Part shown: in pieces, positions 48,038 through 61,841 of the stretch
Layout: each line of letters starts with the position of its first letter
Position numbering within the stretch: the stretch's first letter is position 1
Assembly (NCBI RefSeq): GCF_006345805.1
Contig: NC_043012.1
Coordinates: 27,590,001-27,654,000 of the forward strand
DNA from: Octopus sinensis
Lineage: Eukaryota
Direction of reading: 5' to 3'
Length of the DNA stretch: 64,000 nt
Made by a program: the position numbers and the translations under genes
The notes under the pieces: generated by a model
Database searches by the model: none
Seen by the model: the letters and a program-made list of their open reading frames with translations, nothing else
What the model was told of the DNA's origin: nothing

Positions 48038-48137
48038 NNNNNNNNNNNNNNNNNNNNNNNNNNNNNNNNNNNNNNNNNNNNNNNNNNNNNNNNNNNNNNN
48101 NNNNNNNNNNNNNNNNNNNNNNNNNNNNNNNNNNNNN
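48038..48137. other. Assembly gap (100 N)
   Basis: Run of N; true size unknown. Confidence 1.
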
Positions 48138-49215
48138 AGACTCTCTTTATGCCAATTCATTTTCTTTATTCAGCAACATTTCATAGTGGCATCTCCAAAC
48201 CTCTCTCTTTGCATCCTCATTTAGCGCAAGTGAACCATCATCCATGCGAACACACTTCTCTCCTACCACGTCACGATTTTCTCTCTCACACACTGTCTTG
48301 CAACACGAAATACCTCAAGTCTTTCATCCTCACGGCTCAGAACATTGGCAAATTTTTTCTTATCCGCTTCCCCTGTGGCTAAATATAACCTATCTCCTAG
48401 TTCCCTTTTGGCTGTCTGATACAATTCCCTGCTACACCGTTCTTCCAGTCCTTCCAAGCCTGTCTCTTTTGTCTAATAGCCCTGTCAACCACAGTGTTCC
48501 ACTACCATGTTACTCTGGGTCGAGATGGTACTTTGCTCCATCCACAGATCTGGTCAAGTGGCTGTCAGCAGATTGTCCCGTAGGAATCTCAGTTGTCTTC
48601 CACATTAAGTGAAGCTATATCCCCTTCTATTTCGTCAGAGTCTTTGAGTAGTATGTCTCTAAATCTCTGTCCATTTGCAGGATCTTTAAGCTTCCAGACC
48701 CTTCTCCTCCAAGCTGGTCTTCTTCTGGGCAACCATTTAGCTCTGATCCTGAAGTCGTAACTACTAATCTATGTTGGGGATGGTACATTCTTCGCCTGGG
48801 AAGGTTTTGGCATTTATAATCAGCCCTCTTTCCCCTTTTCCTGGCAAGGATGTAGTCAATCTGGCTGGTGTGTCTGCCAGAACGGTAGGTGACTAGGTGA
48901 GAGGTGGGTTTCCTGAAGTGGGTATTGCAGACCATAAGGTCATTTGCATCGCAGAACTCCAGCAGCCTGGTTCCCTCCTCATTTCGAGAGCCAAAACCGT
49001 AGCCTCCATGGAAGCCCCCGGCATGTCGTCCAACATGTCCATTGAAATCACCTGCCACAAAGAGAAGGTCACTGTCATTTGTCAATGAGGTAGTCCGCAA
49101 TAGGGTGTCATAGAATTGGTCTTTTTGTCCTTCCGGTAGCCCTGGTTGAGGGGCATATTCCGAGATGATGGTAGCTGTCCTATGGTGAAGAACTAATCTA
49201 ATTTTAATTACTCTG
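48138..49215 (-). mobile_element. Main-family RTE fragment (endonuclease C-terminus plus linker)
   Basis: [35 protein letters not shown]; runs into the gap. Confidence 0.92.
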
Positions 49216-50264
49216 TCACTTACTCTGACTACCTCGATTATATATATATGTATGTATGTATGTATGTATATATATATAAATATATGTATGTATATATATA
49301 TGTATATGTATGTATATATATATGTATATGTATGTATATATATATGTATATGTATGTATATATATATGTATGTATATATATATATATATATATGGAAAGA
49401 TATGATATTGCTGTGGGCTCGCGCCAGGCAAAAAGTTAAAAGTAAGTGAAATTATGGTAAATATAACTAAATTGAAAACCTTTTTCCCCTGGCCATATCG
49501 GCAATTCTGAAAACTTTTGGGTGTGAATTTTACATGAGTAGAAGCTCTTTGAAATAATTTTTATCCTGAAAATCACGGGTGCATAAATTACATGTGTATT
49601 TACGGTAGTTTGATGATCAATCGTACAGATTAGACACACTCTGGAAAAGTTGGAAAAAATACTCATTAAAATTCGTTTGAAACCCTCAGAATATTTTGGC
49701 ATCAACTGCACTTGCAAATATTTCAGTTTCATAATCAATAAGAGTCTCCAATTATCATACATACAAAATTTCATCCAAGTCATTCAATAGATCAAAGTTA
49801 CACAGGTCATTTGAGAACATGAAAGTAGTAGGTATATCACTGTAATTTTCAAATCCAAAAGCCTTACATATACCATAAAATGCATGGAAGGTTCTTTTAT
49901 ATAGAAATGCAAAGTCAAAGAGTAACTGGGGCTATCATTTTGAAATGAAAAATGTTGAGGAAAGCTTAAATTTAGCAGTGCCATAAGTTTGTTAAATGCA
50001 TGTTACAGAATTTAAATAAATGAAAGTTTTTTCCTTGTTTCATTAAAGAGTTCCTGACTTCCTTTAAAGCAGATTCAAACAAGGGTGATATTATTTATGC
50101 GGTTCTGTGTGGTTCAACACTAGTTGACTGAGGTACCATGTGGATTCATAAAAGATATTAAGAGTTAATAATTAAGATCTATTTTTAGGAATGTTACTGT
50201 TCATGTTACTCACTGCTGAAATCAATTGGATTCCATTTTTTCAACTGTGGTTGTAAATTTTCAG

Positions 50265-50407
50265 GTGCTAAACTGTGGACGCCTTTCAAAGAACTTTATG
50301 ATGTAGTTGATTCAGTGTTATTAAAGAAACAAGTAGAATCAGTTCACGATTTGGAGGTGATGTTAAGACGACATAAACCTGATTTTATGTCACTTTTGAA
50401 GGCACCT
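50265..50407 (+). CDS. NUP205: Nucleoporin NUP205, coding exon 2 (143 nt)
   Basis: (G)AKLWTPFKELYDVVDSVLLKKQVESVHDLEVMLRRHKPDFMSLLKAP, matching vertebrate SLWGPYKDIW...KKHKPDFISLFKNP; TTTTCAG acceptor, GTAAGT donor. Confidence 0.93.
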
Positions 50408-50659
50408 GTAAGTAATAATTTTTTTTTCTTCTTTTTGCAATATTTTTAGTGAGTGCATTCTTATATTTCAGTTAAGTCATGTGTTTTACACATTGTAAAT
50501 TATTTTGTAAGCCATGTCTGTATGAAAAAAAAACAAAACATTTTTATGATTAGATTCTTTTAACTACTTTTTGAAAAATTTAGCCCTTTAACATTCAGAT
50601 TAATCTGTCAAATGAAATGCTCATACACATTATTTTGAATTAATCAGGTTTAAAAAGGG

Positions 50660-52600
50660 TCTCCCCAATATTTGTTTGTAACTTTAATTTTTTACATACA
50701 GGCTTGAAATTTCGTCAGTGGGTGCTTATATATCAGTGGTTCACAGTTATGTAATTTTAGCTAATCTTTCTGATTCAATTTGACTTTTATGGGCAAATAA
50801 ATTTAATTAACAGGTGTAAAAACAATTACTTTATGGAATAAGCTCTAAAATTGAAATTCTTAATTTATCTTACCTGTTTGATTTGTTTACTAAAATTATC
50901 CTAGATGTCAACTGCCAACAATTTTGCCACTTTTCAAGATGAGGTACATTAATTTATAATCGGTACAAGATTTAATTCTTTCTCTATATTTCATTCAAAC
51001 ATTTTCATTGAAAATAAACTACAAAACTTGACTGTGTATTCTTTAATGAGTACATTTATGTGACAGAATGCACTTAATAAAAAAGCTTATTAACAGGTGA
51101 AAGACAAAGGTTAATACAGGTGTGTAACATACTGAAGATTAATATGTATTTCTCACTTTTACATATTATTTGTGATAAAATGAAAAGGAATATATGATAG
51201 TATTACTATCAAACAACAAAATATAATTATATCATATTTCTGTACTTTGCAAAAAGAACATATAAATGAAGTTTCAACTTGATACCTTTTGCAGTTTTAT
51301 TTTTTTTCCAACAAACACAGTCTGCAAACTTTTTTCCTTTCATTTATTTCTTCAATTTTATAGAAGTTAATATTTTCTCTGTTGACATCCACCTCAGTTA
51401 ATTTTGTTTTTCTCCCAGTTCTGTGCTTTCTAGAAGAAAAGCCCTCATGTAACTGAGATGTGATGTCAGCTTTATAGCTTATCATGGCTTCATCTACACA
51501 GATCTTTCCCAGGCAGATACAGTTTGTACTTAACACAAAGTAAATCAATAACAGGATGCACTTTATACAGCGGTTCTTAGTTTGGGTCATTAGCAGATTC
51601 AGATAAATGTAAATATTGAGATATTTTTGAATACCTCGTTTTTGACATAATGCTAGAGATAGGGTCACCATACCTTATATTGGGATTCCGGTAGTTCTAC
51701 AGTCAAGGAAGCTGTTTGATACCAAACAGAATGTTTATGGTAAAAAAAGCTTACATCTCTGCAATGTCAGTTGGTTACCATAGTAGATTGGGTCTTCCAC
51801 GAATAGAAATCATGCACTGAGCATATTTATTCATTATTGTTTGTATTGATTTTGGTATGGATGTGTTGCAACCATTTTGTTTTGAGCCATTTGGGTTTTT
51901 TTTTGCATTACTGGTGTTAAAGAAAAATCAGCAAAACTTGGCAATAACCAGTGTTCAATTTACAAATTTTTCTGTAGCATTATTGGTTTGGTCTACAAAT
52001 GACTTCATACCAATCAGTCAAGTAGCTTTTCTGTAGAATACAGTCTGATGTGCATGTATGTGGCAGCACCATAGTTGCAGATGTAGAAACAGTAACCCAT
52101 TGGGAATGTGACTTTAACTTCGTAAAGGGTTACTGTGTTGGGTTGAAGAGGACACAAAGTCTTTGTGAAGCAGTCATCAGTGCTATGTTGAGAATGTACA
52201 CTGGCCAGAAGAGATCTTCACTGATTGTAAGGACTTGAATTCGAAGTGTCTGTGAGGATTCTAGGTATACTTTGGTGTCCTGGTTTTTTTTTTTTTTTTT
52301 TTGGTGTTGAAGGAGACAAGACTAGTATGATCTCATTGAAGATATTTTCAAGGTCTGTTCAATTAGTCAGTGCAATAGTTTCATGGAGGTGTGTAGGTTA
52401 TATGTGGATGGCATTGGAATAGATCCACTTGTCTTTGTTCAACATTATTTATTTAACAATCTGTCAAAGGCTACCTGGGGGATTCAAACCCCAAACATCC
52501 TTCAAAGTTCTCTACCCATTTTAGAAGCTTTGTTCTTTGCTGCAAGAGTTGTATGATGTCTATAAGAACTTAGAAACTTCATGCAATTCTCATTAGTAAC
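50660..52600 (-). mobile_element. Internally deleted piggyBac derivative
   Basis: MNKYA..W*PTDIAEM*AFF..LFGIKQLP, ICVDEAMISYK (first catalytic Asp motif) fused to ADITSQLHEGFSSRK..VCRLC. The 5' boundary is uncertain. Confidence 0.75.
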
Positions 52601-52849
52601 AACAGAGGTTCTAAAATGGACAGAGAAATTTCAAAAAATTGCTTTGATCCAATAGTAGAACATATATTATGTTTACAGATTTGTTTTCCCCAGGCTGCCA
52701 TCAACTTTTTGTATAAAAAGCATTTTTCAACCCAATAGTTACATACTTTTATTTATAGCTTTAGTTATTTCAAAATCAGCATATGATTTAAACGGTTTTT
52801 CTTTTATGATTGACAGAGGGAGTTGAGTTTAACCGTAGGCATTAATAGG

Positions 52850-55800
52850 GAAAGACCATTTCTATGACACCCTACTGCAGACCACCTCATTGACGAACGA
52901 CAGGGACCTTCTCTTTGTGGCTGGTGACTTCAATGGGCATGTTGGACGACATGCTGGGGGCTTCCATGGCGTACATGGAGGCTACAGTTATGGTTCCCGC
53001 AATGAGGAGGGAACCAGGCTGCTGGAGTTCTGCGATGCGAATAGTCTTATGGTTTGCAACACTAACTTAAGAAAACCAACAAGCCACCTGGTCACCTACC
53101 GATTGGGCTGGCATACTAGCCAAATCGACTACATCCTTGCCAGAAAAAGGGAAAGATGGCTGCTTATAAATGCCAAAACCTTCCCAGGTGAAGAATGTAC
53201 CCCACAACACAGACTGGTAGTTAGTGACTTTAGGATCAGGACGACTAGAAGACGACCAACATGGAGAAGAAGGGTCTGGAAGCTTAAAGACCCTGCGAAT
53301 GGACAGAGATTTAGAGACATGTTACTTGAAGCCTTTGACGAAATAGAAGGGGGTATAGCTACACATGGGGTAGAAGACAACTGGATGCTTTTTAAGGGAC
53401 AACCTGCTGAAAGCCACTGACCAGATCTGTGGCTGGTGCAAAGTCCCCTCAAGACCCAAAATAACGTGGTGGTGGAACAATATTGTTGACAGGGCTATTA
53501 GACAAAAGAAACAGGCTTGGAAGGACTGGAAGAACGGTGGTAGCAGGGAAGTGTATCAGACTGCCAGAAAGGAAGCTAGGAGGCAGGTGTCTTTAGCCAG
53601 AGGGGAAGCAGATAAGAAAAAATTTGCCAATGTTCTGCGCCGTGAGGATGAAAGACTTGAGGTATTTCGTGTTGCAAGACAGTGTGTGAGAGAGAATCGT
53701 GACGTGGTAGGAGAAAAATGTGTTCGCACGGATGACTGTTCACTTGCGCTAAATGAGGATGCAAAGAGAGAGGTTTGGAGACGCCACTATGAAATGTTGC
53801 TGAATGAGGAAAATGAATGGGATAAAGAGAGTCTGCCGAATGTTGACCCAACAGAGGGACCAGCAATCCGAGTTGACAGTTCCTTAGTAGTTAAGGCAAT
53901 TACAAGCATGAAAACTGGGAAAGCCCCAGGCCCATCAGGAATTACTGCAGAGATGCTCAAAATATCTGGTAGTGTCGGCTGTAGCCTAGTCACCCGGTGA
54001 TAGTTAACCAGGTGATACACGAAGGAGTCATACCCAATGACTGGTGTAGCAGCATAATAGTCAACTGCTACAAAGGTAAAGGTGACGCCCTAGATACAAA
54101 TAACTACAGGGGTATCAAGCTGCTGGATCTGGTAATGAAGGTTACGGTGAGGGTTATAGCCCAACTAATTAGAGAGAGAGTTAGTTTAGATGAGATGCAG
54201 TTTGGGTTCGTGCCAGGGAAAAGTACTACTGATGCTATATTCCTGGTAAGACAGCTGCAAGAGAAATACCTAGCCAAAGATAAGCCCCTGTACCTGTCTT
54301 TTGTTGACATGGAGAAAGCCTTCGACAGGGTACCCTGATCCCTTATCTGGTGGTCAATGAAGAAACTAGGGATAGATTAATGGTTAGTGAGAGCTGTACA
54401 AGCCATGTACAGGGACGCTGCTAGTAAGGTGAGGGTTGGCAACGAGTACAATGAAGAATTCCGGGTAGAGGTAGGGGTTCACCAAGGCTCAGTCCTCAGT
54501 CCCCTCCTATTTATCATAGTTCTCCAGGCAATAACGGAGGAATTCAAGACAGGATGCCCCTGGGGGCTCCTCTATGCTGATGACCTTGCTCTAATTGCTG
54601 AGTCACTATCAGAACTGGAGGAGAAGTTTCAGGTGTGGAAGCAAGGATTAGAATCAAAGGGCCTTAGAATCAACCTAGCCAAAACCAAAGTCCTAATAAG
54701 TAGGAAGGTAGACCAATCACAAATGCCTTCAGGTAGATGGCTCTGCTCGATCTGTAATAAAGGTGTAGGTAGAAACTCTATAAGGTGCACCAAGTGTAAG
54801 CTATGGACATATAAGAGGTGCAGCAATGTCAAAGGAAGGCTAACTAGGAAAATAGTTTTTGTCTGTGGCAGATGCTCAGGAGCAATAAACACTGAAAATG
54901 TGCAGAGACCAACTTTTACCACGTTCCAGGGAGAAAAACTAGAAGTAGTTGATAGCTTCCACTACCTAGGTGAGCAAGTCAGTAGCGGGGGTGGGTGTGC
55001 TGAAAGTGTAACTGCTAGAGTAAGAATAGCCTGGGCAAAGTTCAGAGAGCTCTTACCCCTGCTGGTGACAAAAGGCCTCTTGCTCAGAGTAAAAGGCAGA
55101 CTATGATGCATGTGTACATACAGCCATGCTACATGGTAGTGAAACATGGGCTGTGACTGCTGAGGATATGCGTAAGCTCGCAAGAAATGAAGCCAGTATG
55201 CTCCGATGGATGTGTAATGTCAGTGTTCATAATCGACAGTGTAAATACCTTGAGAGAAAAGTTGGACCTAAGAAGCATCAGTTGTGGTGTGCAAGAGAGA
55301 CGTTTGCGCTGGTATGGTCATGTGATGAGAATGGCTGAAGATAGTTGTGTGCAAAAGTGCCACACCCTAGCAGTTGAGGGAACCTGTGGAAGAGGTAGAC
55401 CCAGGAAAACCTGGGACGAGGTGGTGAAGCATGATCTTCGAACTTTAGGAAATGACTAGAAATGACTTCACCAAGGAAATGACTAGAGACCGAGACCTGT
55501 GCGTGAGAAGACCCGGCAAGACTAGTGAGACCATAACCCGTGGCCTCTACCTGGTATGTAGCCAGTCGACTTATACATACCTTTCCTCCTTGGGACACAA
55601 AACTCCACTTGTGAAGACCCGTTGAGGCAAGTGAAAATCAAAATCAAAATCAAACCAAATCAAATCAGATATCAGAAAGCAGAACCAAAATCGAAGTTGA
55701 TCAACATCAATGGAAATTGCAGCTGTGATACCAGTGCCGGTGACAAGTAAGCGTTCCATCCAATCGTGGCCGTTGCCAGCGCCGCCCCGAATGGCCTCCG

Positions 55801-56028
55801 TGCCGGTGGCACGTAAAAAGCACCATCCGTCCGTGGCCGTTTGCCAGCTCCGTCTGACACCTGTGCGGGTGGCACGTAAAAAGCACCCACTACACTCACG
55901 GAGTGGTTGGCGTTAGGAAGGGCATCCAGCCGTAGAAACACTGCCAGATCAGACTTCTGGCTGCACAGACCCCAGTTGACCCGTCCAACCCATGCTAGCA
56001 TGGAAAGCGGATGCTAAATGATGATGAT
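52850..56028 (+). mobile_element. Main-family RTE LINE, 5'-truncated, with 3' UTR and (GAT)n tail
   Basis: Successive ORFs 52890-55459 cover the endonuclease C-terminus, RT and C-terminus with scattered stops. Confidence 0.95.
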
Positions 56029-56030
56029 AT

Positions 56031-56078
<48 letters not shown>

Positions 56079-56577
56079 ATTATATATATATATATTGATC
56101 TATAAAAGGCAGATTTTCTCTGTGTGTATGTATTGAAAATTCATACATTTACACAATTCCAAATTTTGTTGATGAAAAAATCGGAATTAATATTCTAAAT
56201 ACCATAACTTAGATCATGGGGGCATTTTTACGGTCAAAGTAACTCCCAGTTATGAATAAAATCAATAAAACTACATACATAACCATTTCCCCTTCTAATA
56301 CAATGTGATTTGCTCTTACTATTACCAATCCTTTAAACTGCTACTTACTCTCATGAACATTTGCAAATGATCAAGAAAAAAGACAGAAAGAAAGGAAGGA
56401 GAAACAGTGAGAGTGAAATGAACAGACAGACTACCAATCAATCTTATGCAAATACACACATATATGTACCTATGGTTACCAATGGCCTCATTCTAATTGG
56501 CGGGAATTGTAAGTTCACTTCCCATTTCTAATACCGTCTTTCACCAAGATAACAAAAAGAAAATAAATAGCAACACA

Positions 56578-57600
56578 TCTTTTTCAAATACGATCAACAG
56601 TCAAACTTTTAACCCCTACAAACTGAGTTTTTTGTAAATCTTTTTTAAAACACATTTACTTAGTACCATAAATATGAACAGAGAATACATACACATACAT
56701 ACAAATACCTGTCAATCTTTTTCAAATACAATCGACAGTCAAACATTTACTCCCTACAAACTGAGTTTTTTCAAAATCTTTTTTAGAACACATTTACTTA
56801 CTACCATATATATAGAGACAGAATACACACTAATACATACATACAAATACCTCTCAGTTTATTTATTTATTTGCTGTTTCTTATCACCCTTTCCCTGTTT
56901 CAATTTTATGCATACTTTCCAAGACAATTTCTCTGCACAAATAATTTTCACATCGACAGTCAAACATTTATTCCCTACAAATTGTGAGTTTTTTCAAAAT
57001 CTTTCTTAAAACACATTTACTTACTACCATAGGCTTAGGAGTGGCATAGGCTTAGGAGTAAGTAGCTTGCTTACCGACAAAACGGTTCCGGGTTCAGTCC
57101 CACAGAGTGGTACCTTTGGTAAGTGTCTTCTACTATAGCCTCAGGCCAACCAAAGCCTTGTGAGTGGATTTGGTAGACGGAAACTGAAAGAAGCCCGTTG
57201 TATACATGTATATATATATATATGTATGTATGTGTATATGTTTGTGTGTCTGTGTTTGTCCCCCCAACATCGCTTGACAACTGATGCTGGTGTGTTTACG
57301 TCCCCATAACTTAGTGGTTCAGAAAAAGAGACCGATAGAATAAGTACTACGCTTACAAACAATGTCTTGCGGTCGCTATACACAACTAAAGGCCACAGAA
57401 ACAAGTAACAGAGTAATATATATAGACAGAGAATACACACTCATATATACATACATACATACATACACACTAATACCTGTCAATCTTTTTCAAATACGTT
57501 CGACAGTCAAACATTTATTCCCTACAAACTGAATTTTTCGAAATATATCTTTTTAAAACACATTTACTTACTACTGTATATATATATATATACAGGCAAT
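56578..57600 (+). repeat. Minisatellite (4 diverged units) in the Helitron 5' region, interrupted by a SINE
   Basis: Repeated CAGTCAAAC.TTTA..CCCTACAAA.TGAGTTTTT...AACACATTTACTTA.TAC at about 56578, 56716, 56950 and 57484. Confidence 0.85.
57030..57400 (+). mobile_element. SINE, near full length, inserted in the Helitron
   Basis: B-box-like GGTTCAGTCCC, internal TA/TG microsatellite, GCTTGACAACTGATGCTGG core. Confidence 0.88.
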
Positions 57601-59688
57601 ACACACTAATACATACATACATACAAATACACACACATACAAATACCTATCAGTTTATTTATTTGCCATTTCTTATCACCCTTTCCCCTCTTCAATTTTA
57701 TGCATACTTTCCAAGACAATTTCTCCATACAAGTAACTTTCACCCTTTGCTGCCGTCAGCATGATATTGCCAGGGTTTTCAGGCAGAAGCTGGCTAAGCT
57801 AATTGATTTAATCAAAAAAGGGCAGGTTTTTGGGCCTGTTAACTGCCACATGTATACTGTTGAGTGGCAGAAGACAGTGTTGCCACATGCGCACATTTTG
57901 CTTTGGTTGGTCACCAAAATAGACCCTACAGTTCTAGATGACATCATCACAGCAGAAATCCTGGACACCACTGTTGACCAGCAGCGGTATGACATTGTGA
58001 AGTCACACATGGTGCATGGTCCATGCGGTCCCGGCGACGGATATCCACTGTACAGACAAAGGCGGCCTGAGAATAGGGGATTCACTATGACGTTATGGAG
58101 TCATCAACTTGACAATAGAGGGGTGGTTCTATACTGTCCATTTCTGATGAAAATTTTCAATGCTCATATAAATGTGGAGTTCTGTCATTCAGTGAAATCA
58201 ATTAAGTACATATGTAAATATGTTAACAAAGGTACTCATGCTGCCATGTTCGGCCTTCAAAAGGACAATAGCATGGGCAAAGTGTTGCAGTACTTGCCAG
58301 GTTGATATATCAGCAGTGGTGAAGCTTTTCGGTGGATATTCGGGTTTTCGCTTCAGCAGAGGAACCCCGCCATCATACAACTAGCGTTTCATTTGGAAAA
58401 CGGCCAGTGGGCTGACTTTACTGAACAGACTGATGCATAATTGGTGGCCAATCCAAAAGGAACAACTTTGGTTTCTTTAGGCTTTGTCAACTTGACACAT
58501 TTGCCAAAACACTTTCATACCCTCAGGTCCCGTCCTACTATGTGTGATCAAAGAACACTTGGGTGTATAGGAAGTCAGGTCAGGATGTTCAAGGACATCC
58601 CGGTGCCAAGTTAAACAGTTGTCTAGGAAGAATCTACACTGTACCTCCCAACCAGCATGTGCATTTTCACATGCACCTTCTCCTCCGTGATGTTTTTGGC
58701 CCACAAAGCTTTCGAGACATAAGAACTGTTGATGGTGAATTATGCGACACTTTACAGGAAGCCTGCTTCATGCGTGGACTTTTTGAGGGTGATTCACAAT
58801 AGGGCGCCACTATGGTGGAGGGCATTTTGTTAAAATCCCCTAAAAGACTAAGATTGCTTTTCGCTATTCTACTCTTATGGTGCAACTTGGGTGATCCCGT
58901 CTCTTTATGGTTTACCTACAAAGATTGCATGTCTGAAGATTTCCTGCGTCAGGCTCAGTTGCTAAATCCATCAGTGGAGGTTGGGTACACTGACCTCATT
59001 TACAACAGGGTGCTGCTTGAAATCAATGATACTGTCCTCAATATGGGCGGTAGTGCGTTGGTGTATGGCCTACCTACAAACCAGGAAGGCACAAACACAC
59101 TGTCTTCGGATTTGCTGCAAGACACGTTATAATGTTGATGAGCTTTCCCAGTACATAGCGGAGAATGAGCCAAACTCCTTCCACAACAGTAGTTCGCTTA
59201 CAATTCCATTATTAATTCTGTCTGGGACAAAGCTGGGGGGATTTTTTTCCTTGACGCTCCGACATTTGGTGAGTAGATGCTATTGTTGTATATTTTCAAA
59301 CTTACCTGTATATACTTACCCATGATTAATCCCCCTCTTTCCTCCATAGGGCATCTATTCTGTTTTCACGTCCGCTGCCGAACGTTTTACACACCCTTCC
59401 AGGACTACCTACCAAATTGCTACAATTGTGAGAACGATAACACAGCCATTTCAGGGCCACCTCACATTCTATTGTTACCCACCCCCTGAGAGTGCTGTAA
59501 TGCTCTTTGCAGGGCTTTCTATCCAGCTGCAAATCAGTTGGTTGGCCATAAACTTATATCAATCTTTGCCTCGATAATCATTATTGAGTAGAATCATTAA
59601 GAGTACTTTAAAGCAATTAAGCCCCGAGCAACGCCAGCACTTCTGCTAGTGTATATATATATTATATTATATTATGTATATGTGTGTG

Positions 59689-59750
<62 letters not shown>

Positions 59751-59779
59751 AATTCTTGTTTGTGCTAGATCTGAAGTTG

Positions 59780-61450
59780 GAAAAGACCTAAATGAAACTC
59801 AGTCTTGTCCAAAATACCAGTGCATGCTACTTCTGCGAAAACAGATACCATCAACAAACACTTTGTCCTGCTTGTGAAATAGAATGGGATCTCTGCCACC
59901 AAGTCAGTCATTTTGAGGTTTGCTTCTCTTAAAAACAGAAAGAAAAAAGAAACTAGGGTTACATTCCCAGTAACAAAGTAGCCACTGAATAAAGAAAGGA
60001 ATGTTATTGAGTTCATTATGTCATCTATGGTTGACTGTACTAAATCAAGATTATTGCTGGTGCTGTACAAAAGGAAGCACCTCAGCAGCAGAAATTATTA
60101 ACATTGAGTTATTTGATTATGAGCTACATTAGAGTCTGGAGCAACTTTGTCTTTCAAAAGAGAGAATCATTTATGGCAATATCCAAGTCCCTTTGCTATT
60201 AGAGGAATGCACAGTGCAGGTTGTAATTGTATATGGTAAGGCTATTGGGAAAAATGCATACTGATATCAAATTACAAATCTTACCTGAATACATGGAATC
60301 TGTTATTCTTGACACTGGGTTTTAATAGCTTGAATTCTGGAACTGTGCAAATAAGTATTTAATACAATTCTTTAAGTTTGACCTTGATGCAACCTGTTTC
60401 TTGTTTTGAATTCATTCATCCTGAAGCCAACCCATCCATTTGTTGCATGAAACTGAATTCTCTCTAAATATGGGTGAGAATTATTCATTGGGATGGAACA
60501 ATTCCCAAAATTATCCAACAAAGTTGTTCCTGGTGGTATTTACATGTGCACATGGCCAAGTAATAGATTACATCTGAACTGTGAATTTTATATTTCACTT
60601 GTGTATCCCAAGCCAAGGATTGCTGAAATTGCCAAAAAGCTAGTCTATACTAGACTCAAACAGAAAATCATTTTTGAGAAAACCATTGTAAGACTCTCTT
60701 TATTACTTAGATTGGTTCAGCTTCTTTCAAAAAATAATCTCACATGGTCAAACTCTTTTTCTCTAAACAGAGAAGAAATGGATGTTTGTGAATCTCTCAG
60801 TATTATACTGTATTAGTGAAAGTAAAATGTTTCTACTGAAATTTATTTCATGGCTGTTATTTTATTAATATTTCTTCAATAATTTTGGGTTGGTTTGAAA
60901 CTGTCAAGTTCTAAATGTCTGTTAAACTTCTCAATTCATTCTACAATTAAATCATGGCTTTCAGCATTATGAATGGCATAAATGTGAAGATTGAGAATGC
61001 CTTCAGAAAATATTTTGCCTGATCTTAAACCCTTCGTTGTTTGTACTCTTGTTCCTGAATTGTCTCATATTTGTATTCCTTTTCTTGAAATATTTTTCTC
61101 TTCGTTATTGCAGATATCAGTCAGTAAGTTCCATGTAAAATCTGCATTGGAAACAGTGCTAAAAAGAGCATCATTGTAGATGTTCACCATTTCATTTGAA
61201 ACAGTTTCTGGCCTATAATAAAATGCATTTGGGGAGTTTCATAACAATAAAATGTGATCTTTCTCAGTAATTTCTCTGATAATTTCAGTTATTGTATTCA
61301 GTGAACCAGCAGATTAAACATCATTTATGTAATCGAGCTTTGCAAACTTTGTCATCAGTTATGAATGCAGAGAAAAAACTTAGCATTGTAATTTAGCAGG
61401 CAGCTTTTGTTTCAGTTAAATATCCTATTTTGTCATTTCTGTCACTTTTT
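59780..61450 (+). mobile_element. Highly degenerate Gypsy remnant
   Basis: Tandem knuckles CYFCENRYHQQTLCPA..LCHQVSHFEVC, protease-like LESGATLSF and RNase H-like DLKPFVVCT. Confidence 0.5.
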
Positions 61451-61669
61451 TAAAGATTTTATACTTTTCCATATTTTGTTACTTATATTGCAACTTTTCT
61501 TCTTGTGATTATCTGGTTTCCTCTTTTTAGTTTTATTAACTGATTCGTTATCGTGTTTCATTACCATGCTATTCATCCACTATATTGCATGTTGCCTACT
61601 TTTTATGCTGTATGATTTTCAAAACTTGGCATGCTGACATCACAACAAATTATATTTTATATTTCAAAG

Positions 61670-61841
61670 GAAAAGAACAGTGTACAGAGAGAGCTGGTGA
61701 AGAAAGCCACAAAAGAGGGTTTGCCTGTCTATTCAGAGCAAAGAACTCAAATTCTTTCTCAAGATGTCATTGATGAATCATTACTTTTAAGCGATCTCCA
61801 TAACATCAATGAATTTGCTGCAGTTGAGTTCATTCTCTCAG
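61670..61841 (+). CDS. NUP205: Nucleoporin NUP205, coding exon 3 (172 nt)
   Basis: EKNSVQRELVKKATKEGLPVYSEQRTQILSQDVIDESLLLSDLHNINEFAAVEFILS(G), matching vertebrate PKNVQQHEKVQKASTEG..LSDLFDIGELAAVELLLAG; AG 61668-61669, GT 61842. Confidence 0.93.

Larger units (their letters stand above)
56099..59649 (+). mobile_element. Helitron with both termini, internally deleted RepHel
   Basis: 5' A|TC at 56098/56099; Rep motifs VEWQKTVLPHAHILL and YICKYVNKG; helicase start FFLDAP; 3' CCCCGAGCAACGCC...CTAG|T at 59646-59650; flanked by (TA)n on both sides. Confidence 0.85.

Noticed and set aside
18350-49449. Cys/Val/Tyr/Met- or His/Thr-rich ORFs (18350-18925, 21617-21864, 23714-23995, 49216-49449)
   Set aside because: Translations of TA/TG/CA microsatellites.
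57030-57110. tRNA-like sequence with a B box
   Set aside because: It is the head of a SINE; no complete cloverleaf. The same applies to the other SINE heads.
56578-57600. Regularly spaced repeats that could suggest a CRISPR array (also 34900-35130)
   Set aside because: Eukaryotic context, long diverged units without unique spacers, no cas genes; these are TE-internal tandem repeats.
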